DNA from: an uncultured Gammaproteobacteria bacterium
Lineage (GTDB): Bacteria; Patescibacteriota; Microgenomatia; Levybacterales; UBA12049
DNA length: 64,000 nt
NCBI GenBank assembly: GCA_964416505.1
Contig: CAYQEJ010000003.1
Location: forward strand, 54,034 to 118,033
Reading direction: 5' to 3'
Translations under genes and position numbers: made by a program
The notes under the pieces: generated by a model
What the model was told of the DNA's origin: nothing
The model's input: the letters and a program-made list of their open reading frames with translations, nothing else
The model's database searches: none
Shown here: one piece after another, positions 32,071 through 41,425 of the stretch
How positions within the stretch are numbered: position 1 is the first letter of the stretch
Layout: each line of letters begins with the position of its first letter

Positions 32071-32700
32071 TTAATTTTGACAAGTGTAGATTATATCTCC
32101 CGCATGATTAAGCTTTTTGCATGTTCTGTTAAGAGCACAGTATCCATGAGGATGCGCTTCGCTGCAAGGAAATTGGCATGTGTAGTGACTACCTGTATCG
32201 TTTGGCACGCAGATTCTACCCGTAGGGCATATTCCGTCCGGATGTTGATTGTTGCATCTATAAGCGACGCTATCGGGAACACATTGATCAAATCCAAATG
32301 TTGAAATGCAGGCGTTTACTCCAGTTAGTCTTATTATGAAAGGTAATATTATTACTGATAATAAAATTAAGGTTAATCCCAAAATAGAAAAAGTAAGTGT
32401 TTTTTTGGCCCCATCTGCTTTTTTTGCATCACCTCCAGAGCTAACAAATTTAAATCCGGAAATTATAATCATGGCTACTGCGACAATTCCTGCGAAAATA
32501 AACACCCAGTAAATTACGTTTCCTAGGATAATTGGTAGGCAGTTAAGCGTTGCTACCTGGTTCGATCCGCCAGTTAGACATCCAGATCCTCCAAGAGGGG
32601 TAAAATTTGCAGCAAAAACATTTGGGGTGAAAAAAAGAAATCCAGAAATTAACAAAAAGAAAAATAAAAACTTTTTCACTGATAAATAAAAGCGTAACAA
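32071..32700 (-). CDS. VirB2/TrbC-like pilin paralog 1 with a Cys-rich C-terminal extension
   Basis: Signal peptide, hydrophobic helix, loop SGFKFVSSGGDAKKADGAKK, second hydrophobic helix, then a 75-aa tail containing 11 Cys. Confidence 0.5.
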   Translation of the reverse strand: MLRFYLSVKKFLFFFLLISGFLFFTPNVFAANFTPLGGSGCLTGGSNQVATLNCLPIILGNVIYWVFIFAGIVAVAMIIISGFKFVSSGGDAKKADGAKKTLTFSILGLTLILLSVIILPFIIRLTGVNACISTFGFDQCVPDSVAYRCNNQHPDGICPTGRICVPNDTGSHYTCQFPCSEAHPHGYCALNRTCKKLNHAGDIIYTCQN

Positions 32701-32721
32701 AGAAGATGTTAAATTACAAGA

Positions 32722-33141
32722 TTAACGAGGAGCTACTAGTGTAGGGAGAGTGAAGCTGCTGTTAAGTAGGCTTCCGATTCCGAAGAATTGTAATGCGAGG
32801 TTGATGATGAAGTAGGAAAGAAATACTAGTACTAATCCTACCAGTGCAGCTACGATCATTCCTCTTGCAGCATCTACTTTTCCTTTATCTCCACCTGATG
32901 TAATCCATTTAATTCCACCATATACTAGAAAACCTAAAGCTAGCAATACAGCCACTATAAATAATAGAAGAATTATTGAAGAAACTAGTGGGCCAATTCC
33001 TGCGTTACCCATATTGCAAAGAGTTGTAAATCTTCCGCCTACGCAGAGATCAAGTGTACCGCCACCTACAGCAGCAAAAGTTTTAGGGGTAAACGTTAAG
33101 AAAGAAGCGATCGATAACGATAGAGCAGTTAATTTTTTCAT
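32722..33141 (-). CDS. VirB2/TrbC-like pilin paralog 2
   Basis: Signal peptide ...TFA|AVGGG, TM1, loop WITSGGDKGKVDAARGMIVAA, and TM2. This is the classic conjugative-pilin topology. Confidence 0.55.
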   Translation of the reverse strand: MKKLTALSLSIASFLTFTPKTFAAVGGGTLDLCVGGRFTTLCNMGNAGIGPLVSSIILLLFIVAVLLALGFLVYGGIKWITSGGDKGKVDAARGMIVAALVGLVLVFLSYFIINLALQFFGIGSLLNSSFTLPTLVAPR

Positions 33142-33195
33142 TACTTATTTGATCGTATTGTGTTTTTAATTGTTTGTCAAGTACCTTTTCTGAAT

Positions 33196-33513
33196 CTAGA
33201 CTATTTGTCCAATTCCTAAAAACCAACCTAAAACATTTATTATCAAAAAAGAGGAAAGAGCAACTAGAAGTCCTATAACTGCATATGTAATTTTTTTTCT
33301 TGCAGCGTCTACTTTTCCTTTATCTCCACCTGATGTAATCCACTCAATGCCTCCCCAGACAAGAAAAGCGAGTGAGGCGAGTGTTATTAATACAAAAGCC
33401 CAGGTAAGACCATTTGTAATTACGTTTTTAAGAGTATTGAGGCCGCCTGTGGGCATCCCTGCGACAGGTTCTATAGAATATGAGCCGGGTAAGTTAAATG
33501 CAATTTTTTCCAT
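33196..33513 (-). CDS. VirB2/TrbC-like pilin paralog 3
   Basis: Shares the near-identical loop WITSGGDKGKVDAARKKITYAVIG with paralog 2, and has two flanking hydrophobic helices. Confidence 0.55.
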   Translation of the reverse strand: MEKIAFNLPGSYSIEPVAGMPTGGLNTLKNVITNGLTWAFVLITLASLAFLVWGGIEWITSGGDKGKVDAARKKITYAVIGLLVALSSFLIINVLGWFLGIGQIV

Positions 33514-34517
33514 TATCTCCCAAATCCTGGTAATCCTAGAATATCACGAGTTATTAATTCAAGTATAACTAAAGAAAATATAATAAATATAAATCCTACT
33601 ATTGCTGCCGTAAGCTGTTCTCTGGCATTTTTTACCTTATCAGGATCACCTTGGGATGTCATAAGTTTGTATCCGGCGACCAAGATTATTATGAATATTA
33701 TTCCGCCTCCAATACTTAAAACAAATCCAAGTGCCCATCTGGTAAAGTCAGTTGCTCCAGTGCTAACCATTCCAAATGCTGTTCTGACTCTTAAACATCC
33801 GCGCGCGTCATTATAGAAATTTCCATTTTTTTCGCAAGGTAAAGATAGAGGAGCATTCTTGGCATAATTTATGACTGAAGGATCATACAGGCTTCCGGCT
33901 ACGCATGTGCCTGTTCTACAGTCTCCTGTGGTAAGCGAATTGCAATAAAAACCCTCAGAGCACGTTCCCCTTACTCTCCCTCCTTTAGAACAGATTTTAT
34001 AATCGTTTGATGTTGGATCTATTTCGCAAGAATTATTTTGTCCTGGGCCCGTGGGTTCAGGGGAAGGATTTTGACCACCAGCCGTCCTAACTACTATGCC
34101 ATTGCTTCTGCAGGATGGTTGACAAGTGCCGTCTTCTTTGTAAACGCAGAGTCTAACCGTATATGTGCCAGCGCCTAAATTTCTTAGATCTCCTAGGGTA
34201 TGATCAGTCTCGCTAAATGTAACACCTGAATCTGGGTTTATAAGAATATCTTCAGATACGCATCCTTCTTGAAATTTTCCAGCTTTTGTTAATGAATCAA
34301 GAGGGCATGGGCCAGTATTTGAAGTATTAAATGCTACATAAAGACGTGTTCCTGCATCGCGGATATTGGTGAACGTAATGCTTTTAAATTTTCCTACTTG
34401 AAGTTGAGTGGGATCAGTCGTAAAAGTACAAGCATCATCTGGCCCGGCATATGCAATGGTAGTTTTTAGAGCGAAAAAAGCAATGAAAATTAACAAGGGA
34501 AAAATTATTTTCCTCAT
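33513..34517 (-). CDS. Secreted Cys-rich domain protein with a C-terminal VirB2/TrbC-like pilin module (paralog 4)
   Basis: Signal peptide, then an approximately 230-aa Cys-rich extracellular domain, then a pilin-like TM1-loop-TM2 with a degenerate MTSQGDPDKVKNAREQLTAAIVGF loop. Stop and start overlap with paralog 3. Confidence 0.5.
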   Translation of the reverse strand: MRKIIFPLLIFIAFFALKTTIAYAGPDDACTFTTDPTQLQVGKFKSITFTNIRDAGTRLYVAFNTSNTGPCPLDSLTKAGKFQEGCVSEDILINPDSGVTFSETDHTLGDLRNLGAGTYTVRLCVYKEDGTCQPSCRSNGIVVRTAGGQNPSPEPTGPGQNNSCEIDPTSNDYKICSKGGRVRGTCSEGFYCNSLTTGDCRTGTCVAGSLYDPSVINYAKNAPLSLPCEKNGNFYNDARGCLRVRTAFGMVSTGATDFTRWALGFVLSIGGGIIFIIILVAGYKLMTSQGDPDKVKNAREQLTAAIVGFIFIIFSLVILELITRDILGLPGFGR

Positions 34518-34552
34518 AATTTTATCGTAGGCAAAACTAGAATTAATTGCAA

Positions 34553-35875
34553 CTATGGAGTGAATTTGAATCCGCGGCCTTTAACTGTTTGGATATGTGT
34601 TGGGGAAGAAATGTCTTTTTCAATTTTCTTTCTTAGTCTAAAAATAAGTTGATCTAAAGCTTGCTCTGTAACCCCGGCAGTAGAGGATAAATCGCCCCAA
34701 ACTGAGGATATGATTTCGTCTCTTTCAACTATTTTTTCAGGATTTAAAATAAAAAATTTAAGTAATTTAAACTCTGAAGAAGTAAGTCCTTCAGACAAAA
34801 CTATTTCGCCAATTCTAATTTCCTTAGCCGCTTCATCAAATATTATCTTTTCTTGTTTTTCGGAAATTTCTTTTTTAGCAAATTCTTCCAAGAGAGGAAC
34901 TGCAAATTTATTATTTTTAATAAGTCCTACAGCCACTAAATGAGATGATTCAGAAGCTTTTTTATTTGCGATTAGACTTTGTTCGTATGGAGAGAGAGAA
35001 TTCCAGATTTCGTAAAGAACTGATTTTACTTTAGAATTATTTTCTAAAAATTCTCTGACATCATCTTTTTTATCATTTAAGATACAGGCTTCAATGCTAA
35101 CAAGCCATAATTTACCTAATTCTCCTGTTAATTCACTAATCTTTTCAAGCGTTTTTTTATCCACATTTTTTCCACTATTTTTCTTTAGATAATCAAGTCT
35201 AAATTGTTGAATTTTTTCATCTCCTAGAGATAGGTAAACTAAATTTCCTGTTAAAAATTCATAAAAGGAAGTAATTATTTCATTTCCTGCGGTTTCTTCT
35301 AATGGCCGAGAAAGAGGAAATATGCAGGAAAAACGATATTTTGCTCTATCTCTCAATACTCTTAAGTTATCAAAGAAGATAGGCTCAAGTACTCCAACGT
35401 ATTCTTCGAATCTATCAAAAAGTAGAACTATAGTTAATTCTTTTTCAAGACATAAATAGTCAATCGTTTTTTTTAGACCCTGGAAGATCACAAGTTCATC
35501 GCCTGATTTTAGACTCTCATCAAATATTTTTTTAAGAGCTTTATGCTCTTCGTTCATTTTTCTCTCCGCTAGAGAATCCAAGATTTCCAAAAACATATAC
35601 TTTGTAGATTCGGAAAGTGGCCTTTTTTTAATTTCTGCAAAATTCATCATTACGAAATGAAACCACTTTGTGTTTTCTTTAAGGTGAAGTTCGCGAGCTT
35701 TTGAATTGTATGCGAGAATTCTTAAGATGTTTGATCTTCCAACTCCTGGAAGAGAAATTACCTGAGCAGAATTTCCAACTCTTACAAAAGAAAGAATTTT
35801 CTCTATCTCAGAATATCTTGCGTCTTCAGGGTAAAGTGATTCGAAGTGTTTTGGTTCCATAGCTAGGTAAAACAA
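34553..35875 (-). CDS. Transcriptional regulator: N-terminal STAND/AAA-like ATPase domain, C-terminal OmpR/PhoB-type winged helix (Trans_reg_C)
   Basis: P-loop-like VISLPGVGRSNILRIL. The C-terminus ERDEIISSVWGDLSSTAGVTEQALDQLIFRLRKKIEKD....IQTVKGRGFKF matches the Trans_reg_C/CadC wHTH consensus. The domain order is the reverse of SARP/AfsR regulators. Confidence 0.55.
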   Translation of the reverse strand: MFYLAMEPKHFESLYPEDARYSEIEKILSFVRVGNSAQVISLPGVGRSNILRILAYNSKARELHLKENTKWFHFVMMNFAEIKKRPLSESTKYMFLEILDSLAERKMNEEHKALKKIFDESLKSGDELVIFQGLKKTIDYLCLEKELTIVLLFDRFEEYVGVLEPIFFDNLRVLRDRAKYRFSCIFPLSRPLEETAGNEIITSFYEFLTGNLVYLSLGDEKIQQFRLDYLKKNSGKNVDKKTLEKISELTGELGKLWLVSIEACILNDKKDDVREFLENNSKVKSVLYEIWNSLSPYEQSLIANKKASESSHLVAVGLIKNNKFAVPLLEEFAKKEISEKQEKIIFDEAAKEIRIGEIVLSEGLTSSEFKLLKFFILNPEKIVERDEIISSVWGDLSSTAGVTEQALDQLIFRLRKKIEKDISSPTHIQTVKGRGFKFTP

Positions 35876-35939
35876 TTGTAATTGTTTTATAAGGTTTATA
35901 TCAAGCTCAGATGCCTTATTTTTTCTAAACTAACGCCAT

Positions 35940-38900
35940 ATGACACACGAAATAATTATGAGACCAGGTGAATTGACAGTGCAAAGGGGACAATCTACAC
36001 TGAATAAGGAGCAAAGTATTTTTATGCCAGACGCAGGAATACAAACAGAAGGAGTTCAGCCAGTAAAACCAGCTATTAGAGCTGAGGTTTTACCTTTACC
36101 TAGAGTAACAACCAGCTTGTCTTTGGAAGGACTAACCCCGACTCAGCGTGCTGACGCTTTAAGGACAACAAGGCTTCTCGAAGGGCTCGGTTTGAAGCCT
36201 GACCAAGTTACTTCCAAAGGAAGAACAGAGCAAAAAGCAGGTCAAGTTGTTGAGAATGCACAGCTTGATAGTGAAAATCCGGAAGCATCAACTAAATCGC
36301 AGGAAATTTTAGGAAAAGGAGAATTAACAGATCAGGATAGAGCTGATCTTTTTGGATTAAACGCTGGTAGAATCGCAAAAGCAGAAGAGCTACTTAAAGA
36401 TAGTCTCGGAAGAGAATTAACTGATAAAGAAAAAGAAGGAATCTTACGCGCTCATTTTGTGGGAGCAGGGGAAAAAGGAAAAAACGGAGAAGAATCCGGA
36501 GTGTTTAATGTAACACGAGAGCAGCTTTCGGAAAAAGCAAAAATATTAAAAGATGCTGGATTTGATCAGGAGCAAAGAAGGGAAATCATAGAATCAGGTC
36601 TTACTCAAATGAATCCACCACAGCCTCTTACTCCTCTGGAGGCTAGAAACCAGGCAATTCTGGCCTTAGGGAATTTAACATTAACTGGAAAGCTTTTGGA
36701 AATCAGAGATAACATTTTAAGACTTCATAATGCTGCAATTGGAAATCCAGCTGCAGGTATTCCCGTGATTAATCCAGATGGTATTACCTCTGACGCACTA
36801 ACAGCGCTTCATAGAGAATTTTATAATAAATTTAATAAAGTACTTAATAATCCAAATACACCACCGCCACCCGAAGTTCTTCTTTTTGAAAGAAGACTTA
36901 AAGAAATTGGTGATCTTGATGCAAGAACACACGAGCAGCGTGGTCCACAAGAAGATTTCCATAATGAATATGATTTCATTAGGCTGCAATTGAATAGTAC
37001 TCCTCAATTATTGCCCAATGGAGCTCCAAATCCCCAGAGGGCAATTTTGGAAGAAGAGTTAGTTTTGAGTGTAGAAAATTTTGTGGGACATGGCATAAAC
37101 CCATCCAGTGATAGTATTTATGACTCTACTCTTAAAAAAATAGTGCAAACTGATACTTTGGTAAGTGATCCTGATCTTCAGGCAAGAATTCAGTCATCTG
37201 TTCAGAGGTTGGTTATTAGAATTGTGGGAATGCCACTTCAGGACGATGTGGGAGATTTTGATATTGGGTTTTATGGTGGAATTAATTTTTCAGCAATTAA
37301 AAATTTACTTTATTCACAGTCATTGGATCCTGCATATTTTAGATCTCAGCAAGAATACAATGCCTTTAGCAACTTGAGAAGAGACCAGAACTTAAGCGTA
37401 GAAGGTCTGTACCATTCTATGAGAATAGTTCATGAAATCAATAAAATGATTGTTCAGAATCAGCTTGATGCAGCAAATCAATCGGCTCCAAACTTAGGTC
37501 CTGAAGCACTGCAAATGCTTGCCAAGACAAAAGGTGCTGGCGCGATATTTAGAATTATGGAATCTGGTCTTTTGGAACTATTGGCAAAAGATGGATACAT
37601 GGCAAAGGGTTCGTATGATGCTCTGATGGGCAAGGCAATGAGTCAACAAACTGGAAGATATGATAATTCTCAAACGTCATCGATAGCTTCACAAGTTAAA
37701 GAAATGATTAGCGCTTTAAGATCATTGCCTCCTGGTATTATTCAGGCAGGAGATTTACAGGAGTTAAGAGACATGGAAAATTGGGAAATTGATTTAGCAT
37801 TTAATCTTGGAAGAAATATGTATAACGTTTTACATAGGTCTGCGGAGCTGGCTTCATGGGGAAGGCTTCCGAAAGGACTCAAGCTTTACACAAATTCTGT
37901 TTTTGGAGGATTTAGAAATATTTATAATCCTGCCCTTCATGTTATAGAAAGGTTTAAGCCCGGCGAAGGTAGAGGAGGATACAGATTATTCCAGATGTTT
38001 ATGGATGCGATGCAAAGACGAAGAGAAAGAGAGGGATTTGGTCATATGGGGCTTAAAAAACTTCATGGAGATTTAATTAAGTATTTTGAACTGCCTTCGA
38101 TTGCAGGTATGAGAGGGTATGTCTCATCTTGGAAAGCGAACGAAGGAGTTCTTAAAGTAATCGAAACCGGTTACGCTCCAAGAGGTAGATTTGCAGATCT
38201 AGATATATTTTCGCAAGTACAACTTAGAGAAGCAGGTTCTCAGATTTTTGATAGAAATGGAGGGGTAATTACTGGAAAAGGAATTGGATATTTCCTGGAT
38301 GTAGATGCTCTTACTTTTAAAGATGGTCAAGGGAGAACATATTCATGGAAAGATTTTTCAGATGCTGAGCAAGCTGATTATTATAGATCAATTTTCTTTG
38401 AGCCAAATACAGGTGGACATGGTCATGATCCAGTGTTAAAAAGAGATATAAACATAGGATTGGGAACTCTTTATAAAACAGCACTTGGGCCAGCAGGGGG
38501 ACATGAAGCACATAAAAATCATCATCATTTAAATGAGGTTAAAGAAGAAATAAGGCGTCTTATCTGGGAAAGAGTAGGAGCGGATAATCCCCTTGCAGTT
38601 TTACCGTATCTACATAGGCTTGAATTTAGTGGTGATCATAAACCAGTTGATGTGGGCCATCACGGGACGCCGCACTTAGTAGATGTTGCAGGCACAAAAT
38701 TGCTTGAAGATATTTATGATAGGCCTGGTTGGCAAGATTTTCAAGTGAAGCTTATGCTTCTAAATGAATGGAGAATGTCAAAAATTAAACAAGGAAATAC
38801 TAATTACACATTGCAGGACGCAATAAATGAAATGGATACAGCAATGGGTGTTCAAAGAGATCCTGTGACCCATGCAATTATTCAGGGGGGAAATCAAAGC

Positions 38901-39653
38901 CTAAATCTTAGTGGGGATGAATATGCATGGTATCAGGAGATAGCAAGAGGTGCGAAATTAGCTTCAGCAGATATGGCAAATGTAAGATTTGGATTTGTGG
39001 CTTTCGCAAACGATCTCCCACTGGAGCAATTTAACTTTGAGGTTTTAGGTGACAACTCTTATCAGAGGCATTTTGGCGATATTGTACAGATTAACAGTTC
39101 AACGGGGGCTATGATAGAGGCATTCGATAATTTGGGAACAGTAAAAGATTATCATGGAATAGTTGAGATTGTGGCAAAATTTGAAAAAGGTATAACGGCT
39201 GTGCATGGAGATGGTGCAGCTAAGGATAAAGCTGCTCCGTTGGTTGAGGCAATTACAAGATTTTTCAGGAGAGGAGAAAATGGCGGCTCAAAGAGTCATA
39301 AGGATGAAAATGAAAAATCTTTTTCTGAAAAAGCTAAGCGTTATTTTAGGCAATGGGATGAAGTTCATGGTCTACTTCAGCAATTTCATAAGGCTAATTC
39401 TATCGCACAGCAATTTTACAACGTTGAGGCATTAGCTCTTGATAGGCATCAATTGTATATGCTTCAGGAAGAGCTTATGGCAAATGGTCTCATGGGGCAT
39501 GATCAAGAAGAAGAGTTCAGGGAAAGATTCGGAGGATTCTTAGGATTTATTAATAGAATGTTTATTGAGCAATTTAGTAGGCTTTTGAAAGTTACATCTC
39601 TAATCACTACGAGAAACTTACTGGGTAGTTCATTTAAGGGTATAGGTCAATAA
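35940..39653 (+). CDS. Giant hypothetical protein (1237 aa), no signal peptide or TM, no recognisable catalytic motif; candidate cargo or effector of the adjacent T4SS-like apparatus
   Basis: Single uninterrupted ORF. GC visibly higher than neighbouring genes. No HUH relaxase motif, no Walker motifs. Divergent from the regulator gene and convergent with the VirB6-like gene (stops 4 bp apart). Confidence 0.55.
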   Translation: MTHEIIMRPGELTVQRGQSTLNKEQSIFMPDAGIQTEGVQPVKPAIRAEVLPLPRVTTSLSLEGLTPTQRADALRTTRLLEGLGLKPDQVTSKGRTEQKAGQVVENAQLDSENPEASTKSQEILGKGELTDQDRADLFGLNAGRIAKAEELLKDSLGRELTDKEKEGILRAHFVGAGEKGKNGEESGVFNVTREQLSEKAKILKDAGFDQEQRREIIESGLTQMNPPQPLTPLEARNQAILALGNLTLTGKLLEIRDNILRLHNAAIGNPAAGIPVINPDGITSDALTALHREFYNKFNKVLNNPNTPPPPEVLLFERRLKEIGDLDARTHEQRGPQEDFHNEYDFIRLQLNSTPQLLPNGAPNPQRAILEEELVLSVENFVGHGINPSSDSIYDSTLKKIVQTDTLVSDPDLQARIQSSVQRLVIRIVGMPLQDDVGDFDIGFYGGINFSAIKNLLYSQSLDPAYFRSQQEYNAFSNLRRDQNLSVEGLYHSMRIVHEINKMIVQNQLDAANQSAPNLGPEALQMLAKTKGAGAIFRIMESGLLELLAKDGYMAKGSYDALMGKAMSQQTGRYDNSQTSSIASQVKEMISALRSLPPGIIQAGDLQELRDMENWEIDLAFNLGRNMYNVLHRSAELASWGRLPKGLKLYTNSVFGGFRNIYNPALHVIERFKPGEGRGGYRLFQMFMDAMQRRREREGFGHMGLKKLHGDLIKYFELPSIAGMRGYVSSWKANEGVLKVIETGYAPRGRFADLDIFSQVQLREAGSQIFDRNGGVITGKGIGYFLDVDALTFKDGQGRTYSWKDFSDAEQADYYRSIFFEPNTGGHGHDPVLKRDINIGLGTLYKTALGPAGGHEAHKNHHHLNEVKEEIRRLIWERVGADNPLAVLPYLHRLEFSGDHKPVDVGHHGTPHLVDVAGTKLLEDIYDRPGWQDFQVKLMLLNEWRMSKIKQGNTNYTLQDAINEMDTAMGVQRDPVTHAIIQGGNQSLNLSGDEYAWYQEIARGAKLASADMANVRFGFVAFANDLPLEQFNFEVLGDNSYQRHFGDIVQINSSTGAMIEAFDNLGTVKDYHGIVEIVAKFEKGITAVHGDGAAKDKAAPLVEAITRFFRRGENGGSKSHKDENEKSFSEKAKRYFRQWDEVHGLLQQFHKANSIAQQFYNVEALALDRHQLYMLQEELMANGLMGHDQEEEFRERFGGFLGFINRMFIEQFSRLLKVTSLITTRNLLGSSFKGIGQ

Positions 39654-39657
39654 TTAG

Positions 39658-41262
39658 TTATCCTCCCAATCCCAATAGTGAGGAAATAGCTCTGCCTCTC
39701 TTTCTGTTTGCTGGATTAGGATCCATTGGATCATGGACAATAGTTGAATAAGTCTTTAAGCCTCCTCTAATAGATTTGCCTGCTTCTCCGGCCGGTTCAA
39801 ATACTGGGCCAAAATTAATAGCTGGAGCTTTAATTGCGCCTCTAGTTATGCTTAAAACATGAGGAGTCATAAATAAAAACCCAAGAGCTACTACACCTGA
39901 AAATATCTGACTTGATGTTCCCGTACCACCGCCTACTAGTGGTGGGATAAAAAGTGAACCAGAAGTGACTACATCTTGACTTGTAGCTGCGATATTGCTG
40001 AAAACTTTTCCAAGTACAAGCATGGACATAGCGGTAGGGAATACTGCGAGATTTGCTAGCATATCTTTAAACCATGCGCCTATTCCAGCACTTGACCCCG
40101 GTAGTAATCCGAGAAGAAGCCAGAAGGGGGCAAAAACTATATCGAGAAGTATGTTTATGTATGCAGTTATAAGAATGATCCAAAGCCTTATGGCTGTATA
40201 AATCAAAGCTAGGAAAATTATTAATGCTGATACTATTCCAACTATAAGGCCTACAACAGCAGTAAATAAATTACCGATTATATCTGCAAATCCTGGCTCA
40301 AGATTTATCTGGCCTTTTCCTGTAGGTCCATTTAATGCTGAAGTTACAAGATTTCTTATAGTATCGGACCCTTGTGCGGCTAGTTCCGGGAAGCCTCCTT
40401 TCACACCTGTATAAATTTCCCCTGATCCTCCAGGCCAAAGCCTATTTATAGCATCAAAAGGAGTAGGAGAAGTAGAGACTTGACCAAAATTTGTAATTTC
40501 GTGCCCAGGAATACTGGACAATACTCCTCCTACGAGATAAAGAGCAACATACATAACATCAATTAGAAGACCAGCTATGGCAAACGAAAAGGTAACAAGG
40601 ACAATTCCTAAAACAATTTTAGGGATCTGATTTTCTATAGTCATAATAGTGCGGGGATCTATGTGTACTCGAAACATTATTGCTAAACCGATTAACACAA
40701 AGACCAATACGAATAATAGATATGCGATATTTCTCATAGCTACCCATACTTGAAGAAGGGGTCTAATGCCACAAAAACCAACTCCTTCTGGTTTGTTTGC
40801 ACAGTCGCTTACTACAAGCGCTTGTGCGTACGTTTTTTGCGTGACCCCAAAATTCCCTGCCATATATTTAATATAATCACCGCTTGAAGCGGGAGGAGTA
40901 AACGTTGAAGCTATCATTTGAACCAAGATTCCGTAAGCACCCCCGCCATTTTCCACGAAACCTATTTTTCCAGTCTGAGGATTAAGCCCTAAGCATCTGT
41001 GGTCAGGTCTAATTGGATCTATTCCTCCGAGTTGACATACTGCAGCTGCCATGATTTCCATGAAAGTTGATTGAACATATGTTCTTTGGTCATTGGGCAC
41101 ATCTGAATCAAAATTTGATGAGTAATCATAGGAGGAATTGGGAGCACTGTATTTTTCGCTTGTGATTTCAGACGGAGTTTGAGCAAATCCATTTTTAGTA
41201 AATATGAAAATAAATGAGGCTAAAAAGACAACGAAAAACAAAACTCGGGCAGAGATTTTCAT
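39658..41262 (-). CDS. VirB6/TrbL-like polytopic inner-membrane protein
   Basis: 534 aa with signal peptide MKISARVLFFVVFLASFIFIFTKNGFA, an approximately 140-aa external domain with 3 Cys, and at least 6 TM helices with Gly/Ala-rich loops. Size and topology match TrbL/VirB6. Family assignment by architecture only. Confidence 0.45.
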   Translation of the reverse strand: MKISARVLFFVVFLASFIFIFTKNGFAQTPSEITSEKYSAPNSSYDYSSNFDSDVPNDQRTYVQSTFMEIMAAAVCQLGGIDPIRPDHRCLGLNPQTGKIGFVENGGGAYGILVQMIASTFTPPASSGDYIKYMAGNFGVTQKTYAQALVVSDCANKPEGVGFCGIRPLLQVWVAMRNIAYLLFVLVFVLIGLAIMFRVHIDPRTIMTIENQIPKIVLGIVLVTFSFAIAGLLIDVMYVALYLVGGVLSSIPGHEITNFGQVSTSPTPFDAINRLWPGGSGEIYTGVKGGFPELAAQGSDTIRNLVTSALNGPTGKGQINLEPGFADIIGNLFTAVVGLIVGIVSALIIFLALIYTAIRLWIILITAYINILLDIVFAPFWLLLGLLPGSSAGIGAWFKDMLANLAVFPTAMSMLVLGKVFSNIAATSQDVVTSGSLFIPPLVGGGTGTSSQIFSGVVALGFLFMTPHVLSITRGAIKAPAINFGPVFEPAGEAGKSIRGGLKTYSTIVHDPMDPNPANRKRGRAISSLLGLGG

Positions 41263-41337
41263 TAATTTAAGTTTGATCCATTTTCACTTTTATGTCAAGT
41301 TGGCTTCAAGCTCAAAAGCTGGTAAAATATATAGAGT

Positions 41338-41424
41338 GGAGAGGTCGCATAGTGGACTAGTGCGGCTGTCTTGAAAACAGCTGTGGGTGCAAGCCTACCG
41401 CGAGTTCGAATCTCGCCCTCTCCG
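41338..41424 (+). tRNA. tRNA-Ser (anticodon TGA), class II with a long variable arm
   Basis: GGAGAGG acceptor pairs with CCTCTCC. Anticodon stem-loop GCTGT-cTTGAAaa-ACAGC. 22-nt variable arm, T-arm GAGTTCGAATCTC. 87 nt; CCA not encoded. Confidence 0.85.
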
Positions 41425-41425
41425 C

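Noticed and set aside
35940-39653. Possibility that the 1237-aa protein is a conjugative relaxase or the 647-aa ATPase a VirD4 coupling protein
   Set aside because: No HUH (HxH) or Tyr-motif relaxase signature in the N-terminal 300 aa. The ATPase lacks N-terminal TM helices and carries the VirB4-type N-domain. Hence no evidence for a DNA-transfer (Dtr) module.
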